Source: Candidatus Eiseniibacteriota bacterium (GTDB taxonomy: Bacteria > Eisenbacteria > RBG-16-71-46 > CAIMUX01 > VGJL01). From it: DNA of 64,000 nt. Each line of letters opens with the position of its first letter. The first letter of the stretch is position 1. The stretch is from the NCBI GenBank assembly GCA_041946735.1, contig JBHGAY010000011.1, positions 1 to 64,000 on the forward strand, written 5' to 3'. Of the stretch, positions 37,662-47,665 are shown piece after piece. The position numbers and the translations under genes are program-made. The notes beneath the pieces were generated by a model, which had not been told where the DNA came from, ran no database searches, and saw nothing but the letters and a program-made list of their open reading frames with translations.

Positions 37662-38420
37662 TCAGATCAGCACTGCACCGCCGTTCACATTGAGCGTGGC
37701 GCCCGTGATGTGTCGCGCGAGCGGCGAGCACAGGAAGACGACCGGCGCCGCGACGTCCTCCGGCTCGCCGGGACGGCCGAGCGGGATCGGCTCTTTCAGC
37801 GATTCCGCGATCCGCTCGGGGCGCAGCGCCTCCTCGGTCATGTCGGTCCGGATCCACCCGGGAGCGACCGCGTTGACGCGGATCCCGCGCGGACCGAGCT
37901 CCACGGCGAGCGACTTCGTCAGCGACAGGACCGCTCCCTTCGAGGCGGCGTAATGCCCGTGGTGCGCCTCGCCGCGCTGTCCGGCCGTCGAAGCGACGTT
38001 GACGATCGCCGCCCCCTCCACCCGGCGGAGCAACGGCACTGCGGCCCGGCAGGTATGGAACGTCCCCGCGAGATTGACCTGGATCATCCGCCAGAAATCG
38101 GCGTCGGTCATCGTGTCGATCGAGCCTTCCGTCCAGATCCCGGCATTGTTGACCAGGAAGTCGAGGCGGCCCAGCTCCTGAGCCACGCGCTGGAGCATGA
38201 GGTCGACGCGCGCCGGATCGGCGACGTCGGCCCCGACGGTGAGGGCGCGCCTTCCGGCTCGCTCGACGTCGCCGGCGACCGCGAGGGCGAGGTCGGCGCG
38301 CCGGCGATAGTTGATCGCGACGTCGCAGCCGGCCTGGGCGAACAGCCTGCAGCAGGCCGCCCCGATGCCGCGCGATCCGCCCGTGACGAGCGCGACGCGG
38401 CCGGTGAGATCGATCTTCAT
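37662..38420 (-). CDS. SDR family oxidoreductase (FabG-like)
   Basis: VTGGSRGIG, LVNNAG, YAASK and VNAVAPG. ATG overlaps the upstream TGA. Confidence 0.92.
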   Translation of the reverse strand: MKIDLTGRVALVTGGSRGIGAACCRLFAQAGCDVAINYRRRADLALAVAGDVERAGRRALTVGADVADPARVDLMLQRVAQELGRLDFLVNNAGIWTEGSIDTMTDADFWRMIQVNLAGTFHTCRAAVPLLRRVEGAAIVNVASTAGQRGEAHHGHYAASKGAVLSLTKSLAVELGPRGIRVNAVAPGWIRTDMTEEALRPERIAESLKEPIPLGRPGEPEDVAAPVVFLCSPLARHITGATLNVNGGAVLI

Positions 38421-39571
38421 GCCGGCACCCTCCCGAGCGGCTCGCCGGCTGAGGCGCCGGCTGGGGCCGGGGCCGCGCCGGGCGCCGCGCCCGGGGCTGC
38501 TCCTGCGCCGGCCGCGGCGGCGGCATCCCGCTCGCGCTGGAACAGCGCGCGCAGGCGCAGGTCGGAGCGGCAGGCGGCGCGGGCCTCCTCGGCGAGAGAC
38601 GTTACTTCGTCCCGCCCGATGCGGACGCGCTCGGTTAGCACCGCCGGCGAGGAGACGAGGCGGCCGAGGGTGCGCAAGGCGAGGAGCACCGGCCAGAGGC
38701 AGAAGAGGCGGACGCGGTCGGCGCGCGCCGGCAGCGCGAGGATGTAGGGGAAGCCTTCCTCGAGATGGCGGAGCGCTCGCGCCGCCATCTCCTGCACGAC
38801 AGCGCTCGCTTCCGCACGCCTGGCGGGATCGGCGAGATCGCGTGTCGTCGTCCCGTGGCGGCGGGCGATCTCCTCCGGAACGTACGACCAGCCGCGCGCG
38901 CGATCGACCGACACATCCTGCAGGATGTTCGTCCCCTGAAGTCCGAGGCCGAGGAGAACCGCCTGATGGCGATGCTGCGGCCCGGTCGCCGCGGCGATCT
39001 CGGCTCGAGCGGCGAGGAAGATCTCGTCGAGCATGGCGCCGACCGTCCCGGCGACGTAGTACTCGTAGGCGTCCAGCTCGGCGCAGGTTTCGAGCGAGGT
39101 CCACGCGCTCGTTCCCGCGTCGAGGCGGACGAACCGGGCCATCCCGAGGGCCGTCTCGATCGCGCGCCGGCGGATCCGCTCCTGCATGGCGGGCGGTTCG
39201 GCGTCGAGCAGGCGGAGCAGAGCCGGGAGCCCGTCGAGCAGGCGGGCCTCGGCCGTTTCGCCGCCGGCGACACTTGCGGGAAGCACAGAAGCCGCAGAAA
39301 CAGCGGACAGGGCGGATGCCGCGCGCCCGACCTCCTCTGCGGAGCCCGGGGGCATCGAGAGCAGCGACGCGAACTGCACGAGCTGCTCGGCCCGGACCGG
39401 CCCCGGCAGTCCGGGGACGTCCTCGATCGTGTCGGCCACGCGGAAGAGCAGATACGCGAGGCGCACCGGCCCCTGCAGGTCGGCCGGGAGTCTCTCGATC
39501 GCCGGGGCGAACGTCCGAGAGACGAGCGGCAGCATGGCTCGCGCGAACGCGAGGTCGGCGGCGCGCCTCAC
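38417..39571 (-). CDS. Squalene/phytoene synthase family (squalene synthase-like)
   Basis: VSRTFA, RVADTIED, YEYYVAGTVG, GLGLQGTNILQDV..D..RG..Y.P and RLFCLWP. GTG overlaps the maf stop. Confidence 0.88.
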   Translation of the reverse strand: MRRAADLAFARAMLPLVSRTFAPAIERLPADLQGPVRLAYLLFRVADTIEDVPGLPGPVRAEQLVQFASLLSMPPGSAEEVGRAASALSAVSAASVLPASVAGGETAEARLLDGLPALLRLLDAEPPAMQERIRRRAIETALGMARFVRLDAGTSAWTSLETCAELDAYEYYVAGTVGAMLDEIFLAARAEIAAATGPQHRHQAVLLGLGLQGTNILQDVSVDRARGWSYVPEEIARRHGTTTRDLADPARRAEASAVVQEMAARALRHLEEGFPYILALPARADRVRLFCLWPVLLALRTLGRLVSSPAVLTERVRIGRDEVTSLAEEARAACRSDLRLRALFQRERDAAAAAGAGAAPGAAPGAAPAPAGASAGEPLGRVPA

Positions 39572-40197
39572 CGTCCCCTCCGGTGGAGCAGGTCCAGCGG
39601 ATCGAGCCCGGCCGCTTCGAGAAGCCTGCGAGTCGCGATGAGAGGCAGTCCCACGATTGCGGTCGGATCGTCGCATCGGAGGGAATCGAACAGGAGGATT
39701 CCGAGCGCCTCGCTCTTGTACGACCCTGCGCAGTCGAGCGGCGCCTCCCGCCGCACGTAGGCCTCGATCTGCTCGAGCCGGAGAGGGCGCATTCGCAGGT
39801 GCGCGACGACGATCTCGATCTCCTCGAGGCCGTCGGGGGAGCGGAGGACGACGCCGGTGTGGAGTGTGTGCTCGCGCCCGCTCAGGAACTGGAGCTGCTC
39901 GATCGCGCGTACGGGGGTGCCGGGCTTCTCGAGGATCTGCCCGTCGCAATATCCCACCTGATCGCTCGCGAGAATCCAGGCGTCGGGACGGAGCGCCCCG
40001 CCCGCGCGCGCCTTTCCAACGGCGTTCTCGCGCACCGTCTCATCGGGGTCGCTGCGGCGCACCTCCTTCCAACCGGGGTCGATCGAATCGAACGGCAGGG
40101 CGAGGCGCTCGAGGAGCGCCCGGCGATAGGGGGAGGTCGAGGCGAGAACGAGCCGAGGCCATTCCCGTCCGGCCGGTTCCTCGTCGGGTGGCGTCAT
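39568..40197 (-). CDS. maf: Maf family nucleotide pyrophosphatase (YceF-like)
   Basis: LVLASTSPYRRALL, SDQV, KPG, DCAGSYKSE and IVGLPL. Confidence 0.92.
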   Translation of the reverse strand: MTPPDEEPAGREWPRLVLASTSPYRRALLERLALPFDSIDPGWKEVRRSDPDETVRENAVGKARAGGALRPDAWILASDQVGYCDGQILEKPGTPVRAIEQLQFLSGREHTLHTGVVLRSPDGLEEIEIVVAHLRMRPLRLEQIEAYVRREAPLDCAGSYKSEALGILLFDSLRCDDPTAIVGLPLIATRRLLEAAGLDPLDLLHRRGR

Positions 40198-41888
40198 CGC
40201 GAAGGAGAATGCTCGATCCGCCGGTAGAGCTGGTACTCCCGGATGGCCTTCTCGAACCGGTACTCGCCGGCGATTCTCTCGCGCAGCCAAGCGAACTGCG
40301 GCTGCTCGAGATCATAGTTCGGGAGGACCGGCGCGTAGACGAAGTAGACAGGCGGATGGCGATCGAAGCTCGCCCGGAGTTCGTCCATCGCGCCCGGGAC
40401 GTCGGCGCGCGCCGGCGGGGCGTCCCGCACGGTCGGGGCAATGTTCGGGCCGACGATCGGTAACAGGCTGTAGAAGCGCCCGGGGGCGGAGCGCTGCGCG
40501 AAGTAGTAGACGGCCGGCTTCGGTCCCCACACGAGGATCGTTTCGCCCGGCGAGGTCTGCGACCGGATCTCCTCTCCGACCGGAACCTCCGCCCACGTGA
40601 AGGGGCGGTCACGGAATGTCCACTCTCCGAAATACTCCGAGAAGCCGCGGACCATCGCCGCTCCGGTGTCGAGGAACAGGAAGCCGGCGACGACGAGCAG
40701 GGCGGCCCGGCCGGGAGCCGTCCCGCGCGACGGCCAGAGCTCCTGGATCGAGAGGAATCCCAGGAGGCAGAGCGGCGGCACGAGGAGCTGCAGGTAATGG
40801 GGGAACGGCCTCCCGCCGGCGCTCACCATCGCGGCGGAAACGGCGAGCCAGATGAAGGTCCACAGGACCGACGCGCGAGGCGTGCGGGTCGGAGCGACCG
40901 CACCGGACGCGACCGGCTCGCGCTCGCGCAGGACCGGCAGGAGCAGAGCGAGCGACGCGAGAGCGCCGGCCGGCAGGAAGGGGTGATCGCGGAGGACCGT
41001 GTTCGAGAGGACGATTGAATCGCGGATGCGAAACAGGACGCCGGTGTCGCCGAGCCGCTGCGTCATCATGAACGTGATCGTCTCGTAGAGGAAGTCGCCG
41101 AGCGCCCGGTGGGCGGCGAAGTAGAGGCCGGCTGCGGCAAGGGGCACGAGCCATCCAGCGCCCAGGAACGGGATCCGCCAAGCGGCCTCCCTCACGCGTG
41201 CCGCCACACCCCGCTCCTTCGAGAGAGCGGCGGTGGCGAGGACGGGAACGGCGAGCAGGAACGCCCCATTCTGCTTCATGAGCGTGGCGAGCCCGAGGAG
41301 GAATCCGGCCAGGAGATCGTCGCGGCGCCGCCCGGACAGGGACACCGAAAGGCCGAGGAACGCCGGGAGAAGCAGAAACGGCTCCGCCGTGGCGTTGTTG
41401 GCCTCGAGTAAGGGCGACACGGCATAGAAGGCGTAGGCGATCATCGCGAGGCGAGCCGGCGCCGGCCGCAACATCCGCCTCGCAAGGACGTAGAACGCGG
41501 CGACGCCGAGGAACTGATAGATAAGGTGGACGATCCGGACGCCGAACATTCCCCCGTGGAGGGGGAGCGCGAGAGCGTAGATGTAGTACAGGCCGGGGAA
41601 ATGATTGTCCCAGAAGTCGCGATAGAGGACGAAGCTCGACGACGCATGCTGGCCGAAGACCGCGTAGAGCGCCTCGTCGCGGCCGACGAAGGGGACGCGC
41701 AGGTAGGGGATCAGGAAGTAGAGAAGGACGAAGGCGGCCGCGGCGAAGGCGAGCAGGTCGAGGGCCGGGGCATGGGAGCGCCGGCGGGGGCTCGCCCCCC
41801 GCTCCGGCGTTCCGTCGCGCGCTTGCGCGTCACCCATCCGGGTTCCTCTCGATGCCGCCGCGGGGCGGCGCTCCACCTCATGCATCAT
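40194..41888 (-). CDS. ArnT/PMT-like GT-C membrane glycosyltransferase
   Basis: RDEALY...LYRDFWDNHFPG, AEPF, ATLMKQ, FPHY and a periplasmic tail ILVWG..PAVYY. Confidence 0.85.
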   Translation of the reverse strand: MMHEVERRPAAASRGTRMGDAQARDGTPERGASPRRRSHAPALDLLAFAAAAFVLLYFLIPYLRVPFVGRDEALYAVFGQHASSSFVLYRDFWDNHFPGLYYIYALALPLHGGMFGVRIVHLIYQFLGVAAFYVLARRMLRPAPARLAMIAYAFYAVSPLLEANNATAEPFLLLPAFLGLSVSLSGRRRDDLLAGFLLGLATLMKQNGAFLLAVPVLATAALSKERGVAARVREAAWRIPFLGAGWLVPLAAAGLYFAAHRALGDFLYETITFMMTQRLGDTGVLFRIRDSIVLSNTVLRDHPFLPAGALASLALLLPVLREREPVASGAVAPTRTPRASVLWTFIWLAVSAAMVSAGGRPFPHYLQLLVPPLCLLGFLSIQELWPSRGTAPGRAALLVVAGFLFLDTGAAMVRGFSEYFGEWTFRDRPFTWAEVPVGEEIRSQTSPGETILVWGPKPAVYYFAQRSAPGRFYSLLPIVGPNIAPTVRDAPPARADVPGAMDELRASFDRHPPVYFVYAPVLPNYDLEQPQFAWLRERIAGEYRFEKAIREYQLYRRIEHSPSR

Positions 41889-44800
41889 TCACCGGCGCCG
41901 GTGACGGAGAGCGCGCGAGCGAGCCGCTCGACGCTCTCCTCCTGCCGCCTCGCCGCGCCCTCGCCGCCGGACCGGCGGTCAGCCGGGTGGCCGGCCTCCG
42001 TGCGCACGACCAGATAGTGCGTCGACCGCCGGCCGTCCGGCCAGGGGCGCACCCACGTGAGGCCGGTGCGCAGCGTCCCCTCTTCATCGGCGTGCTGCAT
42101 CCAGGCGACCGGGGCGGTGCGGCCAGCGATCGCGACCCGCCCTTCTTCGTCGGCCCCGCCGAGCATCGCCTGAAGTTCCGCTCGCGCCGCATCCTCGTCC
42201 AAAAGGGCGGGACGATCCATCACGATCGCTTCCGTGTCGCGCCAAGCGAGCCGGCGCCAGGCTTGGACGACCATCTCGGGCGGGCCGCCGTCGCTTCCCG
42301 CCCGGACGGCCCGGCGGATCAGCGATTGCGCGAGCGTCGCTGGCGGCGGGGGCGGCGCGGATGGCTGGCCGGGCGGTTGAGCGGGCGGCTGGCTGGGCGC
42401 AGCGTCGCCGCACGGCTCGGCGATGACGAGCCCGAGAGCGGGCGCCTCGATGCGAGCCGGCTCCTCCCGGCACGCGGCGAGCCCGAGAGACGGGACGGCA
42501 ACCGCGCGCTCGCCGAGGAAGGCGACGATCGACTCGAGGTTCGCGATCGTCGCGTTCGCATAAAGGTTGCGGGGCGCGCGGAACTCGATGCGCGGGCGGT
42601 CGTCGCTGTTGCGCGGCGCATCGCCGCAGTAGCGCTCGAGGTCCTCCCCGCCGATCAGGAACGTCGACGTGAGATCCCCGAAGCTCTCGATCCCGACCCG
42701 GGCGAGATCCTCGCGCACGCGCGGCTGCTGGAGCGCCGCGCGCACCTTCCTGTAGTCCAGTCCCGCCGGGGACTCGGCCTCGCCGGCGCTACCGAGGAAG
42801 AGGAGATCGCCCGGCATCGGCATCCAGACGGAGACATGCGGGAAGACGTCGAGGAAGGTACGGAGCACGATCTTCACGTCCTCGGGCGACATGTTGTACG
42901 TTTCGAGCCACTGCGCCATGACGCCGCCGGGAGCGAGGCGTTCGCGCGCCAGCTCGAAGAAGTCGCGCGTGAAGAGGTTCGAGATCCCGCTGATCCAGGG
43001 ATTCGAGGGCTCCGACGTGATGAGGTCGTAACGCCGTTTCTCAGCGAGCAGGAAGTTGCGCGCGTCGGCGACGATCAACTTCACCCGCGGATCGGAAAGG
43101 ACGTGGCCGTGCACGCCGGCGAAGTAGTCGGACGCTTCGACCACCTCGGGGGAGATCTCGAGGACATCGATCGAACGGGCCTCGGGATGCGTCGCGACCG
43201 AACCGACCGTAATCCCGCTGCCCAGGCCGATGACGAGCACGCGCCGCGGATCGGGGTGGACGAGCATCGGGATCTGCCCCAGCAGCACCTGCGTCGGAAG
43301 GTCGGTGCGGCTGCTCGCGTCGTCCTTGCCGTTGATGACCAGCACCCGCTCCTCGGGCGTCTCCTCGACGGCGACGACCCCGTCGATGCCTTCCTCGTAG
43401 TAGACGAGCTTCCGCTCGTACGCCTTCTCGCGGAGGCTTTGCCCGGGTTCGCGGTGAGCGAGCTCGGCGGCGTTGACGAAGACCCCGCTCGTCATGAGCA
43501 CCCGGTCCCAGCGGGGCGTGAGGAGCGCGACGGCCACGAACAGGACCGCCGCGGCGGCGACAGGAACGAGCGTGCGAGCCGGCCGGGCTGGCCGAGCCGG
43601 CCGGGCTTGCCCAGCAGGCAGGACTGGCGGAGCCGGCCGCCGGGCGAGGTAGAACGCAAGCGCGACGACCGCCTGGGCGGCGGCGGCGACGAGGATCGCG
43701 CCGCGGACGCCGATGGAGGGCAGTAGCCAGAGGCCCCCGAGGAGGGAGCCGGCCACGGTGCCGGCCGTGTTCGCCGCGTAGGCGATCCCCACGCCTCGGC
43801 CGATGCCGAGACGGGGCCGGGTCGCGAGGGAGGTCAGGAGCGGGAAGAGGGCGCCGAGGATCAGCGTCGGAACGAACATGACGAGGAAGCAGAGGACGAT
43901 CAGAAACCCCTGGAAGAGCGCGAAGCTCTGGTGGAGCGATGCCCAGCCGCGCAGGAACAGGCTCGGGAGCTGCGCGAGCAACGGGAGCGTCGCGAGCGAG
44001 GCGATACCGACCGCGAACTCGAGGATCGCGGCCCGCGCGAGGGGCGGTGGCCCAGGCGCCGCGCCGCCGGCGCGGCGCGACTCCGAGGCCGGCGCGCGCG
44101 CCGACTCCGAAGCGTGCGCGGACGCCGAGAAGAACCTCGCATGCAGGAGGCTCCCGGCCGCCAGGCCCGCCAGGTAGGTCGTCAGGGTGATGCTGAAGGC
44201 GTAGACGCTCGAGCCGATCACGAGAGTCAGCGCTCGGATCCAGGCGATCTCGTAGAGAAGGGCGGAGAAGCCGGAGATCGCGAACCCGGCCAGCAGGACG
44301 CGCGCGAGGCCGGCGGGGATGGGAGTCGCGATTGCCTCCCCCCCTAGCCTCTCCGCGCCCGCGGGCGCGGCGCCGCTGCCGGCTGGAGCGCCGCGCGGGT
44401 CGCCGCTCACACCCCTCCGTCCGCGGAGCGCGAGGAGGGCCGTCGCCGCGACGCCAAGATTCACGAGGACCCCGACGAGGATCGCTCCGCGGACGCCGAT
44501 TGCGGGGAGGAGCAAGTAGCCGGCGGCGAAGGTCCCCAGGGTCGCGCCGAGCGTGTTGACCCCGTAGAGGCGGGCGGTCTGGCGGGCGAGGGCCGGCAGG
44601 CTGGGCGTCAGTCCCCGGATCAGGAGGGGGAGAGTCCCACCCATCAGGAAGGTCGGCACGAGGAGCAACGCGAGGGCGAGGAGGAATCGCAGGAGGTGCG
44701 AGGCCGGTCCCGTCACGCCGGCGACCGCCGCGGCCTGGGCGTACCCCTGCTGCATCGCCGGGAAGAGCCAGGGAGTCGTGACCGCGTAGAGGCCGATGCC

Positions 44801-45076
44801 CGCCTCCAGCAGGGCGTAGAGCCGGATCGGGCGGGCCAGCCGGTCGGCGATCCTGCCGATGACGAGGCTCCCGGCGGCGAGCCCCAGCATGTAGGCGGTC
44901 AGGACGGCGGTCGTCGCATGCCCGGTGATCCCGAGGAAGAGCGAGAGCTGGCGCGCCCACACGACCTCGTAGATCAGGCCCGCGGCGCCGGAGAAGAAGA
45001 AGCAGGCGGCGAGAATCGGCGTGATGGACTCGAAGGGCGCTCGTGTCGCCTCGCGTGCGATCGCTGCCGCTTTCAT
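41885..45076 (-). CDS. Fused MFS-like membrane domain / spermidine synthase-like protein
   Basis: SGAAGLIYEVVW, LMGGTLP and YGVNTLG (repeated membrane units), then VLVIGLGSGIT, DARNFL, ITSEPSNPW, LFTRDFF and NSDDRPRIEF. Confidence 0.9.
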   Translation of the reverse strand: MKAAAIAREATRAPFESITPILAACFFFSGAAGLIYEVVWARQLSLFLGITGHATTAVLTAYMLGLAAGSLVIGRIADRLARPIRLYALLEAGIGLYAVTTPWLFPAMQQGYAQAAAVAGVTGPASHLLRFLLALALLLVPTFLMGGTLPLLIRGLTPSLPALARQTARLYGVNTLGATLGTFAAGYLLLPAIGVRGAILVGVLVNLGVAATALLALRGRRGVSGDPRGAPAGSGAAPAGAERLGGEAIATPIPAGLARVLLAGFAISGFSALLYEIAWIRALTLVIGSSVYAFSITLTTYLAGLAAGSLLHARFFSASAHASESARAPASESRRAGGAAPGPPPLARAAILEFAVGIASLATLPLLAQLPSLFLRGWASLHQSFALFQGFLIVLCFLVMFVPTLILGALFPLLTSLATRPRLGIGRGVGIAYAANTAGTVAGSLLGGLWLLPSIGVRGAILVAAAAQAVVALAFYLARRPAPPVLPAGQARPARPARPARTLVPVAAAAVLFVAVALLTPRWDRVLMTSGVFVNAAELAHREPGQSLREKAYERKLVYYEEGIDGVVAVEETPEERVLVINGKDDASSRTDLPTQVLLGQIPMLVHPDPRRVLVIGLGSGITVGSVATHPEARSIDVLEISPEVVEASDYFAGVHGHVLSDPRVKLIVADARNFLLAEKRRYDLITSEPSNPWISGISNLFTRDFFELARERLAPGGVMAQWLETYNMSPEDVKIVLRTFLDVFPHVSVWMPMPGDLLFLGSAGEAESPAGLDYRKVRAALQQPRVREDLARVGIESFGDLTSTFLIGGEDLERYCGDAPRNSDDRPRIEFRAPRNLYANATIANLESIVAFLGERAVAVPSLGLAACREEPARIEAPALGLVIAEPCGDAAPSQPPAQPPGQPSAPPPPPATLAQSLIRRAVRAGSDGGPPEMVVQAWRRLAWRDTEAIVMDRPALLDEDAARAELQAMLGGADEEGRVAIAGRTAPVAWMQHADEEGTLRTGLTWVRPWPDGRRSTHYLVVRTEAGHPADRRSGGEGAARRQEESVERLARALSVTGAGE

Positions 45077-45336
45077 CGCCCGCGATCCTACACCAGAAGG
45101 GGGTGGCGGGGACCTTCCGCCGTCCTCGCCGGATTGCGAGAGGCGCAGCGCGCGGCGACGCACCGGCCGCGACGTTCTGCCGCCCCTCCCGGGCACGCCG
45201 TCCCGGACGCGGTTCCGCCGCCCCGTCCCGGCCACGCCCGATTGCCTACCGCAAGACCGCGCCCTACCATGGGGAGACCGTTCCCCCCGGCTTCCAGGAC
45301 CTCGCTCCGTTCGATCGACGGAAGGAGAAGCGCGAG

Positions 45337-46938
45337 ATGAACCTCTCGTTGAAGAAACCGCAAAACCAGCCCCTGATCCCCTACGGAACGAGCGACGCCG
45401 AGTGGGAGGCGTTCCGCAAGGCGGTCTCCCGCACCCCGCGGGGAATGGATGTCCCGATGATCATCGGAGGCGAGGAGGTCCGCTCGAGCGAGAAGATCCA
45501 GTCGCTCAATCCCAGCACGGGGGAGGTATTCTGCACCGCCCAGAAGGCGACAGCAGAGCACACCCGCCTGGCGATCGAGGCGGCGCTGAAGGCGAAGGAG
45601 TCCTGGGCGAGCCTTCCGCCGGAGAACCGGATTCTGAAGTTCCGCGATCTCGAGGCGATCCTCTACGAGCGGCGCCACGAAATCTGCGCCGTCACGGCCG
45701 AGGAGTGCGGTTACATCGCGCCAGAGTGCTCGGGCGGCTGGGCCGAGATGATGGACTTCATCCGTTTCAATCCGTGGTACTACAAGGAGCTTCTCTCGAC
45801 GCAGCTCGGCGATGGCATCGGCGAGACGAACAGCCTGTTGCTTCGGGCGCTCAAAGGGTTCACGACCGCGATCACGCCGTTCAACTTCCCGATCGCGATC
45901 GGCTACAACCTCCCGACCGTCATGGCGCTGTGCGGCAACACCGTCGTGTGGAAGCCGTCGAGCGATGCGCCGATGACTTCGTGGATGTTGATGCGCGCCA
46001 TCCAGGACGCAGGCTTCCCGCCGGGCGTGATCAACATGCTGACAGGACCGGGCTCGGCGATCATGTCGCCCGTCCTGAAGCATCCGGAGCTTCTCTGCGT
46101 GAACTTCACCGGAAGCTACGACACGGCGCGATTCATCGCCGGGGAGCTGTTCGATCCCAAGACTCCGCGACCGCACTTCCCGCGCCTGGTGGCCGAGACG
46201 GGGGGCAAGGACTTCCTGATCGCCGACAAGCACAACGATCCGTGGGACATTGCGGCGAACATCATCTCCGGCGCGTACGGGCGAAGCGGGCAGAAGTGCT
46301 CCGCGAACAGCCTCGTCCTCGCCGACAAGAAGTTCTGGCCGGATCTGAAGGCGGCGCTCCTCGAGCAGATGGCGAAGTTTAAGATGGGCAACCCGCTCGA
46401 GCGCGATACGAATATGGGGCCGGTCATCAACGCGAACGCCTTCGGCAACATCACCGGCTTCATGCAGCGCGCCGCGAAGGACCCGAAGGTGAAGAAGGTC
46501 TGCGGCGGCGAGTTCTCCGACTCGAAGGGCTTCTACATTCAGCCGACGATCTACGAGGTGGACGCCGACGAGCACGAGCTGCTGTCGGTGGAGATCTTCG
46601 GCCCGGTCGTGGCGGTGAAGACGTACGACCACGTCGAGGAGGCGATCGACCGGATCCGGCGCAACACGTATCGATTGACGGGCGCCGTGTGCAGTCAGGA
46701 CGAGAGCTTCCTCGCGAAGTACGTCCCGATCCTCGCGGAGTACGCCGGCAACTTCTACGTGAATCGCAAGACCACCGGAGCGGTCGTCGATCAGCAGCCG
46801 TTCGGCGGGGACGGCGCGAGCGGCACGAACTACAAGGCGGGGGGAATCTGGTACCTCCTGCAGTTCGTCTCGCAAGGGAGCGTGACGCGCCGGCACACGC
46901 GGACGGTGAAAAGCCCCGGCATCTGGAACTGGATGTAA
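45337..46938 (+). CDS. pruA: L-glutamate gamma-semialdehyde (P5C) dehydrogenase
   Basis: ITPFNF, WKPS, FTGS, AETGGKDF, GQKCSA, EIFGP and GNFYVNRKTTGAVVDQQPFGG. RBS AAGGAG upstream. Confidence 0.88.
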   Translation: MNLSLKKPQNQPLIPYGTSDAEWEAFRKAVSRTPRGMDVPMIIGGEEVRSSEKIQSLNPSTGEVFCTAQKATAEHTRLAIEAALKAKESWASLPPENRILKFRDLEAILYERRHEICAVTAEECGYIAPECSGGWAEMMDFIRFNPWYYKELLSTQLGDGIGETNSLLLRALKGFTTAITPFNFPIAIGYNLPTVMALCGNTVVWKPSSDAPMTSWMLMRAIQDAGFPPGVINMLTGPGSAIMSPVLKHPELLCVNFTGSYDTARFIAGELFDPKTPRPHFPRLVAETGGKDFLIADKHNDPWDIAANIISGAYGRSGQKCSANSLVLADKKFWPDLKAALLEQMAKFKMGNPLERDTNMGPVINANAFGNITGFMQRAAKDPKVKKVCGGEFSDSKGFYIQPTIYEVDADEHELLSVEIFGPVVAVKTYDHVEEAIDRIRRNTYRLTGAVCSQDESFLAKYVPILAEYAGNFYVNRKTTGAVVDQQPFGGDGASGTNYKAGGIWYLLQFVSQGSVTRRHTRTVKSPGIWNWM

Positions 46939-46983
46939 GGCGGATGTAGGGACAGCGAAGCCCGCCGCCGCTGCTCGGGATGC

Positions 46984-47025
46984 GACGAAGCCGCCGGATG
47001 TCTCCGGCGGCTTCGTCCTTTTCTC
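46984..47025 (+). terminator. Rho-independent terminator
   Basis: 15-bp perfect stem GACGAAGCCGCCGGA / TCCGGCGGCTTCGTC with a 4-nt loop, followed by CTTTTCTC, downstream of the P5CDH stop. Confidence 0.85.
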
Positions 47026-47219
47026 TCGGGGCCGCCAGCCGGCCTAATGTCCTTGCGCCATCCCGGACTGGCCCTTAGCCTGAATGCGCTTTCACGATCC
47101 TTGGGGCCGGCGTGCGTGGGCCGCCGCGCGAGTGGTTCCGCCATGCGGACCGCGATTGCGCGGATTGCGCGAGGCCAGCGATCACGCCGGCGTGACGGAG
47201 GGCAAGAGGAGGCGCCGGT

Positions 47220-47597
47220 ATGAACTGGTATCTCGGAGTCCTGAGGAAGTACGCGGTCTTCAGCGGGCGGGCGCGGCGGAAGGAGTACTGGTACTTCGCT
47301 CTGTTCAACGCGATCGTCTGCCTGGTCCTCATGTTGATCGATCGGCTGACACACACGTACAGCTCCACGTTCAGCATGGGGCTTCTCAGCGGGATCTATT
47401 CACTAGCGGTTTTGATCCCGAGCCTCGCCGTCGCGGTTCGTCGCCTGCACGACACGGGGCGCACCGGCTGGTGGCTCTTGCTGGCGCTCGTGCCGTTCCT
47501 CGGCGGCCTCGTCATCCTCGTCTTCACCGTTCAGGACAGCCGGCCGGGATCGAACCAATATGGAGCCAACCCGAAGGAGTTGCAGCCCGCGGCTTGA
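47220..47597 (+). CDS. DUF805 family membrane protein (YhaH-like)
   Basis: KYAVFSGRARRKEYWYF, VRRLHDTGRTGWW and NQYGANPK. Confidence 0.93.
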   Translation: MNWYLGVLRKYAVFSGRARRKEYWYFALFNAIVCLVLMLIDRLTHTYSSTFSMGLLSGIYSLAVLIPSLAVAVRRLHDTGRTGWWLLLALVPFLGGLVILVFTVQDSRPGSNQYGANPKELQPAA

Positions 47598-47665
47598 CCG
47601 GGAGCGTTCGGCGGCGTGAAGCGGGAGCCGCCCGGCGCGGCGCCGCTCCGCGCTGCCGGATGTCT

